Sequence record: SRR22947725_1630
Strand: one strand, 5' to 3'
Length of the DNA stretch: 50,107 nt
This document shows, in pieces, positions 38,648 to 48,573 of this stretch (within the stretch, counting starts at the first letter, position 1; the number at the start of each line of letters is the position of its first letter). The position numbers and the translations under genes were made by a program. The notes beneath the pieces were generated by a model. It did no database searches, was not told the origin of the DNA, and saw only the letters and a list, made by a program, of their open reading frames with translations.

Positions 38648-41542
38648 TCACGACTTGGGCTTATTCTTGCGTTTTGCCGCCAAAAGCCGGCTAGCCATCG
38701 AGTCGTTGTCCTTTTCTTGAGAGTCCATTGATGTTTCCTTCTCAGAATCAACTTGATAGGCTTTATTTTGGACTTCTGGCTCTGTTTTCAACGTTTTGTC
38801 CAAGACAATGGGGTCTTTATTTTCAACCTCAAACAGATCCTCCCCTGGTTCTGGAACTTTTTTTGCGTTTCTGTTCGCGCGCACGGCGTTACGCCGACTG
38901 AGCAGGGCTTCCATGGCTTCATCTCGTTTGACCTCTTGTTTTTTGGATCCAAAGAATAAGAGATTCCGTCGTATCCACTCCCATGCTTTTTTGAGCTCTC
39001 CGGGTTCCAGCTGTATACGGCGAATGCCAACATCAACAGGGAAGAACAATATCGCGCTCATTAATAACCAGGGCCAAAGGTCGCGCGCCTGGAAAGTGCG
39101 CTTCCGATCTCTTTTAAAAGGATTGTCTGCAAGATTGCCCGGCTCAATCATGATACCTTTGCCCTCCTGTGCCATCTGGGAAAGGAGATGCATGTTGGTC
39201 TCACTGCTGAGATATTCGGGCGAAAAATTCACGCTTGCTCCGATGACCTGCATTGCCTTGGATTTCCCTGCTTCATATTCACTTAGGTTCACGGTGTAGG
39301 CACCGATTTCCCTGGCCGGGAATTTGACTTCATATCTGCCAGGTGATGTCTGCTCAAGTCGAATATCCTGACTCTCACCGGTTGGGCTCACGACTTTGGC
39401 ACGTAAATCGAGAAAATTGCGGAATTGTCCCTCTGTATCAAGAGCTTCAACGCTGATGGATCCAACACCTTTGTCGACTGAAACCTCCGTTGTGAAATCA
39501 CTGTTTTCGACCCGCCTCAAACTCCAGCGCGCGATTTGCGTCCAGAATTGGCGGTACTTATCCCATGTGATCCAGGAGGCTGCCCATTTTGACCGCGCAT
39601 CCGAAGTAAAGGCTGCTGCCCGCCCCAGTCCATATTGCCAGTGAGCAAAGATAGGGTCTCCCTGATCAGACACGAGCGGCACTTCTGCGCGTGGCTTTGG
39701 AGAGCTTCCAACATAGCCCAGTAATTGAGGGTAAGCTTCGGGAGCAATGCCTCTGACGGGTTCAGAGGAACTGGTCAGGATGGGTTTGAAAGGGGTTTCG
39801 ATGATGGCACTTTTGAGAATCACAGCAGCCTCTTTCATGAAAATCTGAGGCAGCATGTTCGGGTTTTGCACTTCATAGAAACGACCTTGGCCATTTTCAG
39901 CGATCCACTGCATGGTATCCGGTCCTGCATGACCTGCGATCAGGATGGTTGTGACGGTGATCTTGTTTTTCACAAGCTCATCCAAAAGCGTCTTGGAGGG
40001 CGCTCCAGGGTCCCCGTCACTGAAAATAATCATGTGTTTGATGTTGGCATTGGATTCCTGTAGGCCTTCAAAAGCCAAACTCATGATATTTTGGAAATCG
40101 GGCAAATCGCCCTGATTCATCCCCATGATTTCCCGGCCCATCGCCTGTTTGTTCTTCACCGGGGTCAGGGGGAATAACCACTTCTCAGAGCCATCCCAAA
40201 GCACAATTCCCAACTCATCCTTTGCTGCCATGGTGTTCATGACCCCAACAGCGACCTGTCTTGCAATTTGATTTCCGTTACTGAATTCCATGCCATGCAT
40301 GACCATGGCCAACGCACCGTTGGGTAGGATTTTTTTACTGTTCAACTCCATCTCGAGTGGCAATACCGTTTCAAGAGGAGTGCCTCGGTAGCCTCCGGCG
40401 GCAAGGGATTGATCGCCGCCAATACAAACCAGTCCCACACCAAAATCGCGAACGGCACTTTGCAGCAAGCGCATTTGATCCATACTGAAATCACCAGCGG
40501 CCACATTGCTCAGAAAAATGGAATCAAAGCTCTGGAGTTCGGGTAATGTTTCTGGCAGCTCTGAGGGGGGGCGGATATCGACGTTCAATTGTGAGCTTTC
40601 AAGAGCATCAATCAGACTCGCATCCGCACTGAAACTCTCGGAGATAAGTAGCACTCGTGGATCTCCCCTAACGGTGGCAAAACCGATCGCTCGATTGTTT
40701 TGTGCGACGGAATCGCCATTGGCAACCAATTGCACATCATAAGTATAAAAGCCTGGTTCGGCCAGTATTTGAGGGATGGTAAAGAGGTTTTTGCCGGGCT
40801 TGAGTTGAACATCTTCCTCACCAATCAATTGATCATTGATAAATAACCTGAGGGTAGCTTCTTCAGGTTGATCTGCTGTAGCGAAAATCTTGGCATCAAA
40901 GGAGCTGCCGCTCTTGACGAGCGAAGGCACACCGATGCGTTGAACAGAGACATCCTGACCTCGCTGGGCTCCCATTGGGTAAACATCTATCGTGACTCCC
41001 AGCGGAACGGCACTTCTGAGCGCCGGTAGAGATTCACCAAGGTTTTCGTTACCATCAGAAAGCAACACAATGCGTTTTTGACCATTCTCAGGAAAGGCAG
41101 CGGTCGCCAGCCGTATGGCGGATGCTATGTCGGTGCGTGAGCTGTCGATGACAGATTGCACCGCAGGAAGCTCATTACGTTTCAATACTGGTAGTTCCAG
41201 AGCAGCCTCATTTCCAAATACCACCACGCCAGCCTGATCAACACTTTCTTTCAGATTGAGTGTCTTCTGAACGTATTGAAGGGCTTCCTCTTTTTGAGTG
41301 GGGGGGATGCTTTCTGATCGATCCAACAGGTAAATCAAATTCATGCCTTCCAGCGGGCGCAGCCATTGAAGACCTGCCATGGCAAGGATGATACAGGTGG
41401 TGATCAGAAATCTCAGGAAAAGTGCGAAACCTCGACGCCAAGGTCCAATCTGAACGTCTGAATGATGAGCCCAGTATGCAATCCATGGCAGCGCCACCAA
41501 AGCGCAAGCGAGAAACCATGGATGTGTGAACTGAAAACTCAT
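38648..41542 (-). CDS. Large membrane protein: BatA-like N-terminus, VWA, Ig-like, GATase1-like, degenerate second VWA, C-terminal TM and charged tail
   Basis: MSFQFTHPWFL; MIDAS LLDRSES; KRIVLLSDGNEN; GVGLVCIGGDQSLAAGGYRGTPLE; HMIIFSDGDP; WQYGLGRAAAFTSD; LWPWLL...DVGIRR. Confidence 0.82.
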   Translation of the reverse strand: MSFQFTHPWFLACALVALPWIAYWAHHSDVQIGPWRRGFALFLRFLITTCIILAMAGLQWLRPLEGMNLIYLLDRSESIPPTQKEEALQYVQKTLNLKESVDQAGVVVFGNEAALELPVLKRNELPAVQSVIDSSRTDIASAIRLATAAFPENGQKRIVLLSDGNENLGESLPALRSAVPLGVTIDVYPMGAQRGQDVSVQRIGVPSLVKSGSSFDAKIFATADQPEEATLRLFINDQLIGEEDVQLKPGKNLFTIPQILAEPGFYTYDVQLVANGDSVAQNNRAIGFATVRGDPRVLLISESFSADASLIDALESSQLNVDIRPPSELPETLPELQSFDSIFLSNVAAGDFSMDQMRLLQSAVRDFGVGLVCIGGDQSLAAGGYRGTPLETVLPLEMELNSKKILPNGALAMVMHGMEFSNGNQIARQVAVGVMNTMAAKDELGIVLWDGSEKWLFPLTPVKNKQAMGREIMGMNQGDLPDFQNIMSLAFEGLQESNANIKHMIIFSDGDPGAPSKTLLDELVKNKITVTTILIAGHAGPDTMQWIAENGQGRFYEVQNPNMLPQIFMKEAAVILKSAIIETPFKPILTSSSEPVRGIAPEAYPQLLGYVGSSPKPRAEVPLVSDQGDPIFAHWQYGLGRAAAFTSDARSKWAASWITWDKYRQFWTQIARWSLRRVENSDFTTEVSVDKGVGSISVEALDTEGQFRNFLDLRAKVVSPTGESQDIRLEQTSPGRYEVKFPAREIGAYTVNLSEYEAGKSKAMQVIGASVNFSPEYLSSETNMHLLSQMAQEGKGIMIEPGNLADNPFKRDRKRTFQARDLWPWLLMSAILFFPVDVGIRRIQLEPGELKKAWEWIRRNLLFFGSKKQEVKRDEAMEALLSRRNAVRANRNAKKVPEPGEDLFEVENKDPIVLDKTLKTEPEVQNKAYQVDSEKETSMDSQEKDNDSMASRLLAAKRKNKPKS

Positions 41543-43923
41543 TCCTCAGATTGATATGTCAGGGCGATGGATTTCCGTCTTATTAGCTTCTGGACACGGT
41601 GGTTGGCGGAATCTGCCACGTATAAATTACCTTTTGAATCTATTGCTATGGACCATGGATTGTTGAATTCTCCAGGTGCATTGCCCGGTTCTCCCACCAC
41701 TTCCATGGTTTTGTAATGACGGTCAAATACTTGTATCCTGCTGTTGCCGAATTCGCAAACAAAGAGAAGCCCCTCTCTGTCGATGGCCAGATCATACGGA
41801 TAGCTCATTTGATCCAAGCCTTTTCCCGGTGATCCAAATGCATGAATCCAATTTCCTTCCGCATCAAGAATCTGAATGCGATGGTTGCAAGAGTCAGCTA
41901 CAAAGATTTGGTCCTGAAGGTTTGTCACCAATCCCTCGGGACGGTTGAATTGAGCGTTTTTGTTCCCTGCCTCTCCGATTGCCCCCAGAAATATTGAACC
42001 GTCAGGACTAAAGCGCTGAACTCGTTCGACGGTTTGGTATTCGCTTATGACCAGAGTTCCGTTCCTCAAGGTGGTTATTGCACGTGGAAATGTCAGCGAC
42101 CCTTCATCTGATCCTTTGGTGCCCCATTGGCGAACGAGTTGTCCATCTGGCGTGAAATGGTTGACGCGTGCGTAATGCGGTTCAACGACCACAATATTAC
42201 CATCTGTATCCACACACATGCCTTTCGGGCGACCACGTTCCAGTTCGGGCATCTGCCATTGGAGGATATACTGTCCATCAGGATTAAATTTTTGAACGCG
42301 ACCCGTCATATCCACCACATAAAGAAAGTCGTTGGCATCGACCGTCAGGGATCTTGGTTTGATGAAAAAACCAGGGCTGCGGCCCTGAGTGCCGATGACA
42401 ATGACTGTTTCAAATATTCTGGAATCCAATGTGGCTTTCGTGGCTGTATCTTTTGAGATTGGAGCATTGCAACTGGATGTCATCAGGCACAGAAGCCCGC
42501 AGGTCGTCAGGGAAGGGAGCAACGAATGATGATACTGTTTTGTGCAGATCTTTTTGAACAGCCTCCATAGTTGCCAGATGATATACGGTGTGAGAGCAGA
42601 AAACATCATGAGAAGGGTGAGGCCGTTGACCTGAGCGTTATGTCCGTAGTGCAGTAAATTAAAAATTCTTAACGCCAGTGTTTCCGCTCCCGGCGGAATG
42701 ACAAAGATCAAAGTATCCGCATCCCACAAGCTCAATAAAAAGACCACATACCAACTTGCGCCGAGCACCCATCCTGTCTGAGGTAATTGAATCAGGCGGA
42801 ACCTTTGGAGTGATGACGGGACATCCATCTCTCCAGCGTCCCTGAGGTCTTTATCCAGAATTTGCTGCGCCAACCTGGCCCCAAGCCATCCCAGGACCCC
42901 GTAGCGCAGTGTCAGTGCGGTGACGGCAAGGATCCAGTGGGATCCCTTCAATGGAAACCATGCCTGCTGTGAAAGGCTCAGAAATGAGGCACCCCATACG
43001 CATCCGGGCAGCAGGAAGAGTATCCAGAGTAATTTGCTCAATCGCCAGCGAGAAGTCAGCAGGCCAAGTGTGAGGCTGAGTGTTGCAGTTATCAGCCCAA
43101 ATCCCAGACTGTGGAGCAGGGCGGATTGCCCAGCCGCCGCTGCTGTTGAAAGCTCTTGCCAAGTTCTTGTCGAAACGACAAGGCTCAGACACGGCAGGAT
43201 GGTTGAAATCAAAAACCAAAGGACGGTCCAGCATTGCAGGAAAATAACCAAGCAAGGATGAAAAAAAGGTTTTAGCGTTTGCATGCGATTGCTCACTGGG
43301 GCGGATGGCCATGGGACATCGTGTCTGTGTATTATCACCAGGAAAAGCGCAGAGCCTGTAACAATCCAAAGTAGACTACCTTGGATTTCCTGCCATTCCA
43401 GAGTGGCACTGAAAGTGATGAACAAATCAGATGTCCACGTCCTTACCTGAAGCAGTGAGGGTATGTTGAATTGATTGAGTGTCAAAACAACCACGATACT
43501 CATGCTGACAAGCAGTGCAGGGCGGGCTGCAGGCCAAAGCAGATGACGACACAATTGAATATTTCTCAGCCCTGAATCGACTTCGAATATTTGGTGATTG
43601 ATTCTTTGCAAACTGCCAAGCGCGGACAAGAAAGGCACAGGCCAGAATAAAAGAGTAGTGACCCAAATGGCTCCCGTCAGCGAGTAGAGATTCCAATCCA
43701 TCCAGGGACGCAAAATGCCAGTTTCCCCGAATAATCCAAGCCACCAGGAAAGGATCATCATTTGTGGGAGAACGAGGTGCAGTATGGACAAGATGACCAA
43801 CCCTCGTCTGAATTGGCTTGACCCCATCAATGCTCCCAGAGCAGCTATGGATCCAGTCAACGTTGTCATGATTCCAACGCATGCCATAAGTGTGATGGTG
43901 TTGATGAGGAGCTGGAAATTCAT
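41539..43923 (-). CDS. Fusion of Fe3+-type ABC permease (about 12 TM) with a six-repeat NHL beta-propeller
   Basis: The first ~455 aa are multi-TM, with two degenerate EAA-loop regions and PPGAETLALRIFNLLHYG. The C-terminal ~290 aa carry six NHL repeats (FIKPRSLTVD, RPKGMCVD, TFPRAIT, FNRPEGL, SYPYDLAID, FNNPWSIAID...VADSANHRVQK). Confidence 0.8.
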   Translation of the reverse strand: MNFQLLINTITLMACVGIMTTLTGSIAALGALMGSSQFRRGLVILSILHLVLPQMMILSWWLGLFGETGILRPWMDWNLYSLTGAIWVTTLLFWPVPFLSALGSLQRINHQIFEVDSGLRNIQLCRHLLWPAARPALLVSMSIVVVLTLNQFNIPSLLQVRTWTSDLFITFSATLEWQEIQGSLLWIVTGSALFLVIIHRHDVPWPSAPVSNRMQTLKPFFHPCLVIFLQCWTVLWFLISTILPCLSLVVSTRTWQELSTAAAAGQSALLHSLGFGLITATLSLTLGLLTSRWRLSKLLWILFLLPGCVWGASFLSLSQQAWFPLKGSHWILAVTALTLRYGVLGWLGARLAQQILDKDLRDAGEMDVPSSLQRFRLIQLPQTGWVLGASWYVVFLLSLWDADTLIFVIPPGAETLALRIFNLLHYGHNAQVNGLTLLMMFSALTPYIIWQLWRLFKKICTKQYHHSLLPSLTTCGLLCLMTSSCNAPISKDTATKATLDSRIFETVIVIGTQGRSPGFFIKPRSLTVDANDFLYVVDMTGRVQKFNPDGQYILQWQMPELERGRPKGMCVDTDGNIVVVEPHYARVNHFTPDGQLVRQWGTKGSDEGSLTFPRAITTLRNGTLVISEYQTVERVQRFSPDGSIFLGAIGEAGNKNAQFNRPEGLVTNLQDQIFVADSCNHRIQILDAEGNWIHAFGSPGKGLDQMSYPYDLAIDREGLLFVCEFGNSRIQVFDRHYKTMEVVGEPGNAPGEFNNPWSIAIDSKGNLYVADSANHRVQKLIRRKSIALTYQSEE

Positions 43924-43924
43924 T

Positions 43925-44926
43925 TCATCTGAGAAAGGTGTCTCTCAGGAAAGAGAAACTTTCTTTTTCTTCAGCCAGAATTCCAGGCCAGAAGATGGAC
44001 TGAAAAGCGTTTTCCTCAGGTGGAAGTTTGGCGCTGATTAGAGCAGAATTGTCCACCAAATCAGCAAGTATTTCCTCCTGTTGCACGTAATTTATAAATG
44101 ACATGGCTCCCTCAGAATGAGGTGCATCCTTGACCATGGCCACTGTGTTGGGTATGGCGCAGAGCTCATTCTCCAATGGAATCGATGCCAGCGGCAATTG
44201 TTGGCTCAAGCCAACTGCCAGATCGTCCGAATCGGTCAAACCCAGCAAAGCCTCACCCGCACCCACAAGCCGAACCACCATGGAATTGCCATCTACAATT
44301 TTGGTTTTATTGGCGACCAAACCTTCACACCATGGTTCCCATATCTCCGAACCCCATGCTTCCTTCAAGGCAAGCATATGTGTTGCAGTCGTTCCAAAAA
44401 GTGGATATGCCATGGCTACCTTGTTTTTCCATTTCCTTGAGATCAGATCCTTGATGGATTTGGGAGCTTCGCTGAGCTCGATTCGGTTTGTATTAACAAT
44501 CAATACGCGTGAACGGTAGCCGAATTCCTCGAAATCAACTACTATACCCGCCAGTGAAAGCTTCCTTGCCGCCATGGCTTCATTACTCCAAAAAACATCA
44601 CAAACGGGTTGAGCTTGCTCCGCCATTAAACGCTTGATGAGTCCCATCGTTTTGACGGATTCATTATCGAAAACGGCTTTGACCTCGATCCCTGTGTCTA
44701 CGGTGAACTTTTTGAAAATCTTTTCGGCGTATATTTGATCCTGCGAGGTGTAAACAACAATAAAGTTTTGTTTCACTGGCATGGTCGCAGGGCCACAGCC
44801 AATAGCCAGGGTCAAGCAGAATAATAAAACGCCACCAGTCATTTGACCCCAGCCTTTTGAACGCATTAAAACACCCGCTTTCCACATGATGTCTCTCGGC
44901 AGGAACTCTTTTTTAGTTACTCGCAT
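43925..44926 (-). CDS. ABC transporter substrate-binding lipoprotein (Fe3+/AfuA-FutA-like cluster)
   Basis: Lipobox LAIG-C, VVYTSQD, TGIEV, DVFWSNE, MAYPLFGTTATH, LTDSDD, IPNTVAMVK; true start may be 44842. Confidence 0.85.
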   Translation of the reverse strand: MRVTKKEFLPRDIMWKAGVLMRSKGWGQMTGGVLLFCLTLAIGCGPATMPVKQNFIVVYTSQDQIYAEKIFKKFTVDTGIEVKAVFDNESVKTMGLIKRLMAEQAQPVCDVFWSNEAMAARKLSLAGIVVDFEEFGYRSRVLIVNTNRIELSEAPKSIKDLISRKWKNKVAMAYPLFGTTATHMLALKEAWGSEIWEPWCEGLVANKTKIVDGNSMVVRLVGAGEALLGLTDSDDLAVGLSQQLPLASIPLENELCAIPNTVAMVKDAPHSEGAMSFINYVQQEEILADLVDNSALISAKLPPEENAFQSIFWPGILAEEKESFSFLRDTFLR

Positions 44927-44927
44927 C

Positions 44928-46763
44928 TCAAGCCGTCCTTTTATGGTAATACCACCATTCCAACATCAAGACAATCAATGCAGCAAGAACCAGCCATCGC
45001 CATATTTCCAGGTCCGCTCGTTTTTGCCCCGTCCTTGTCACTTGACTGTAGCCGCCAAGATTCAGCTCTTCCCTTGGGCCGTTGTCACTTTCTGATGCAT
45101 CGGCGAGATTGGATGCAAAAACGACTTCGGTGCTGCCGTTCTGAAGACGGTAAATTCCTTGCCTCAAAGTGTCCGCAAAGATGACCTGACGGCTTCCAGG
45201 GTTTGCTATCACGCTTGTTTTTTGCCCATCGGGTAAAAGCATAACTGGGTTGGAACCTGTTTCCTCGAGTGTTGCAATCATTGCATCTCCTGTCCGAACA
45301 TTCACCATGGATGCCTGGCTTGTCATGGGATTGAGCCATTCGACTGCATTTGCGATAAAAATCGGGAATGAAATTCTCAGCGGCCAGGTGGATTGAAGTG
45401 TGTCAAACCCCGTCCAAACCATTCTCTGACCTTCCTTTTCTCCTGCAAGGATCAGCGGTGTACGGGTGGACTCCACAACTGACATGGCCCAGTTCGGAGT
45501 CTTGACCTCCAAAGTTTCGGCGATCTGGACGTCATCCAGCTGAACAAAACGTAAGAGTGGATGAGCCGCTTTCCAGTCGACGATAACAGGCGATTCTACT
45601 GTGTTTGCGCTTTCGATCCAATTGGTATGCGTGACATGCATGGCAAGCGTGTTTACAGCCGGCCAGGCCAAAGGGGTGATCTTATCCAAAACAACCAAAT
45701 CCACATCAGGCGAAGCGTCCGTTAACTGATCTACTGCAGTCAACTCGATGTTGTTAATTGAACTCAACGCTTTTTCAAGGAATCGATTACCACGAGTTAC
45801 CAATAATATTCGTGCAGGTTTTGGGAGGAGGCTGACCACAGAGGCTTGGTTATCTATGGCAAGATCATCATCACTGTTCAGCTTGAGAGAAAAGATGCCG
45901 TTTTCGCTTTGAGGTGCAATAAATACCTGCGAGTCGGTGGATCCGGGTTCCAGTTTCAGAGGTCGAGCTTCAATGGTCTGGTCGTTCCACTGAAGCTCGA
46001 CAATGAGATCCGCCCGGTTGGTGGAATAATTCACAACGCCCGCAAAAATGGCTCGGGTCGTTTCGTCGTCAGGATTGGGCCTGACGTCCAGTGAGACGAT
46101 GCCTACATTGTCAGATCGTGTTCCTATCGGATGATAACTGATGTTGAGGTCGGTGGGTTCAAATTTATTTAAATCGGACGCAGCACCATCACTGAACAGA
46201 TGGATCTCTGCCAGCTTTTGACCTTCAGCCAAGGTCCGTGCCAGCTTGAATGCATCCAGCAAATAGGTTGAAGTGTCGGAGGCCTCAATACTTTTGAGCG
46301 CCCGTTGCAATTTATTTTTCTCTGAAGTGGCTGATTGCAGGACGCGCGTTTGTCGTCCTGCTGCCAATATCATCATTTGATCCGTATCAGATAACGTGTC
46401 AATAAGGTCCCCCGCCTCTTTGATGGCTGCATCCATTCGGGTCGGGGGAACATCGGTTGATTGCATTGATGCTGAGGTGTCCATGATGACTACCAACAGG
46501 CCACCTTCCGAGACATTGCCTGAAAAATAAGGGCGGGCCATTGCGAGAATGGCGAGGGCAAGTATCAATAGCTGGAAAATAAGCAGCCAGTGATGTCTCA
46601 ACTTCTTGAAAGGTGCGCTTGCCTGTGTTTCAGCCAGGAATTTTCTCCAGAGCATTGAACTCGCAACGACCTGTACTTTGCGTCGCCGCTTAAGTAAATA
46701 GAAGACCAACACAATCGGGAGTGTCACTGCTAACCAGAATGCGTATGGACTGAGAAAATTCAT
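44928..46763 (-). CDS. BatA N-terminal domain plus VWA domain membrane protein
   Basis: MNFLSPYAFW...FYLLKRRR...SSMLW, AMARP, MIDAS IMDTSASM, FSDG, DDLAIDN, C-terminal TM ending EWWYYHKR. Confidence 0.85.
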   Translation of the reverse strand: MNFLSPYAFWLAVTLPIVLVFYLLKRRRKVQVVASSMLWRKFLAETQASAPFKKLRHHWLLIFQLLILALAILAMARPYFSGNVSEGGLLVVIMDTSASMQSTDVPPTRMDAAIKEAGDLIDTLSDTDQMMILAAGRQTRVLQSATSEKNKLQRALKSIEASDTSTYLLDAFKLARTLAEGQKLAEIHLFSDGAASDLNKFEPTDLNISYHPIGTRSDNVGIVSLDVRPNPDDETTRAIFAGVVNYSTNRADLIVELQWNDQTIEARPLKLEPGSTDSQVFIAPQSENGIFSLKLNSDDDLAIDNQASVVSLLPKPARILLVTRGNRFLEKALSSINNIELTAVDQLTDASPDVDLVVLDKITPLAWPAVNTLAMHVTHTNWIESANTVESPVIVDWKAAHPLLRFVQLDDVQIAETLEVKTPNWAMSVVESTRTPLILAGEKEGQRMVWTGFDTLQSTWPLRISFPIFIANAVEWLNPMTSQASMVNVRTGDAMIATLEETGSNPVMLLPDGQKTSVIANPGSRQVIFADTLRQGIYRLQNGSTEVVFASNLADASESDNGPREELNLGGYSQVTRTGQKRADLEIWRWLVLAALIVLMLEWWYYHKRTA

Positions 46764-46775
46764 ATCAGCTGGATC

Positions 46776-47672
46776 CTATTTCCATAACATGGCTTTTCTC
46801 AGGTCGCTCAGCAACAATTGATCGAGGTCCGTATCGCTGGGGGCAAGGTTAAATCCAATAGCCCGCTTACGGCAGAAATTTTTGAACTGCTCAAGGAAGG
46901 CATTGACCGTTTTCTGATAAGCTTTGAGTCTGTATTTGCCAAAGGTGACTTCCTGAACCGTTCCCGACTCGCTGTCCACTACCTTCAGGTCGCCGTAAAC
47001 ATTGGGTTCCAATTCTTCTCGAGAAAGCACCAATATGACGTGGACATGAAATCCGCGGCCCAGCAGTGCTTTCAATCCTTCTTCATAGCCTTCAGGGTCC
47101 ATGAAGTCACTTATCACAATGGCTACACCACTCTGTTTTGCTAGAAGTGTGCTTCGCTTCAAGGATTCGTTGAGCAGGCAAGATCCTCCGGCCTGAATTT
47201 GCTGAAGATGACGGAAAAACGGCAGGGCTGATTTTTTACCCCTGACGTTGCGAAGAGATTCTCTTAATGGCTTCTCGTCATGGCTGTCAGGGAAGATATC
47301 CACCGTGACTCGATCAAACCCACACAATGCCACGTAACCCATGGAGGCTGCAACCTGCCGAGCAAAGTCAAATTTCACCGGCGTGCCAAAGGTCATCGAT
47401 TCACTGGCATCAAGAAAAATGGATAAAGGTAGCTCCCGTTCTTCTTCATACAGCTTGAGGAATAGTTTATCAAGACGTCCAAAGAGATTCCAGTCGAGGT
47501 AACGCAGATCATCCCCGGCTGCATAATTCCGATGGTCTGCAAACTCGACAGACTGGCCACGAGCCTTGCTCCTCCGCTCTCCTTTCAATGAACTGCGAAC
47601 ACGACGCCTTGCCAGCAGCTCCAACTGCTCGAGTCTTCGAAGTAACTGATTCTGGATCAAGGGACCGGCCAT
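46776..47672 (-). CDS. DUF58-domain protein (MoxR-associated, VWA-like)
   Basis: GERRS..RGQSVEFADHRNYAAGDDLRYLDWNLFGR, FLDASESM, VISDF, VDSESG. The ORF track allows a start at 47711. Confidence 0.9.
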   Translation of the reverse strand: MAGPLIQNQLLRRLEQLELLARRRVRSSLKGERRSKARGQSVEFADHRNYAAGDDLRYLDWNLFGRLDKLFLKLYEEERELPLSIFLDASESMTFGTPVKFDFARQVAASMGYVALCGFDRVTVDIFPDSHDEKPLRESLRNVRGKKSALPFFRHLQQIQAGGSCLLNESLKRSTLLAKQSGVAIVISDFMDPEGYEEGLKALLGRGFHVHVILVLSREELEPNVYGDLKVVDSESGTVQEVTFGKYRLKAYQKTVNAFLEQFKNFCRKRAIGFNLAPSDTDLDQLLLSDLRKAMLWK

Positions 47673-47721
47673 ATGCCCGAATATACCAAACGGTTCATTG
47701 CCGGTATGCAATCATTTCTTT

Positions 47722-48573
47722 TCAGGAAACGAATTCCAATTCCTGCCGATGAGGGATCAACCCTTTCTCAAACGCTCTGCCCAGGAATCGCCTGATGGTT
47801 TCGCGTCCCTTGTCCCCGTAGTCCAAAGTCCAGTCGTTGACATACATGCCTACGAAACGATCTGCGAGTTCCATGCCCATATCGCGTGCGTATTTCAACG
47901 CGTGTGCCACTGCTTCGGGGCGATGATTCAGGCTGAACTGGATGCTTTCCGTGAGTAGGTCGGAAATCATTTTGCGCTCTTCGGGAATGAACCGCTTGTG
48001 GATGACATTTCCTCCCAACGGCAAAGGTAGTCCCTCGTTTTCACGTCCCCACCATACCCCCAGGTCTTCACATAACTTTAATCCCTGATCTTCATAGGTT
48101 AATTGCCCTTCATGAATGATCAATCCCACATCAGCTTCTCCCTTATTGACCGTTTCAAAGATTTTGTCAAAGGGGACGACCTTGTAATTCAGCTTGGTTG
48201 CGGGTGTGTCAAGCCACAGTTGAAGCGCCAGAAAAGCGCTTGTCATCTCACCAGGAACCGCAATGGTCGCGTTGGCAATTTCATTGGACGACATAACGGT
48301 TTTTGCCACCAGCATGGGCCCATATCCATCGCCCATGGATGCGCCGCTGGGTAAAAGTGCATATTTATCACTGACGTAGGCGTAGGCGTGAATGCTGATG
48401 GCGCTGACATCAAGTTCGCCTCGTGTCGCTCTTTCGTTTAATGTCTGGATGTCTTGCAGGATATGCTCAAATGACAGGCCTTGCGCGGGGATTAATCCCT
48501 TAGCCAGGGCGTAGAACATAAAGGCGTCGTCCGGATCCGGCGAATGTCCCAAAGTTATATTACGAGTGCTCAT
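47722..48573 (-). CDS. mqnD: 1,4-dihydroxy-6-naphthoate synthase (futalosine menaquinone pathway)
   Basis: LGHSPDPDDAFMFYAL, DIQTLN, SMGDGYGP, AVPGEMTSA, IIHEGQLTY, LPLPLGG, GMYVN. Confidence 0.88.
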   Translation of the reverse strand: MSTRNITLGHSPDPDDAFMFYALAKGLIPAQGLSFEHILQDIQTLNERATRGELDVSAISIHAYAYVSDKYALLPSGASMGDGYGPMLVAKTVMSSNEIANATIAVPGEMTSAFLALQLWLDTPATKLNYKVVPFDKIFETVNKGEADVGLIIHEGQLTYEDQGLKLCEDLGVWWGRENEGLPLPLGGNVIHKRFIPEERKMISDLLTESIQFSLNHRPEAVAHALKYARDMGMELADRFVGMYVNDWTLDYGDKGRETIRRFLGRAFEKGLIPHRQELEFVS

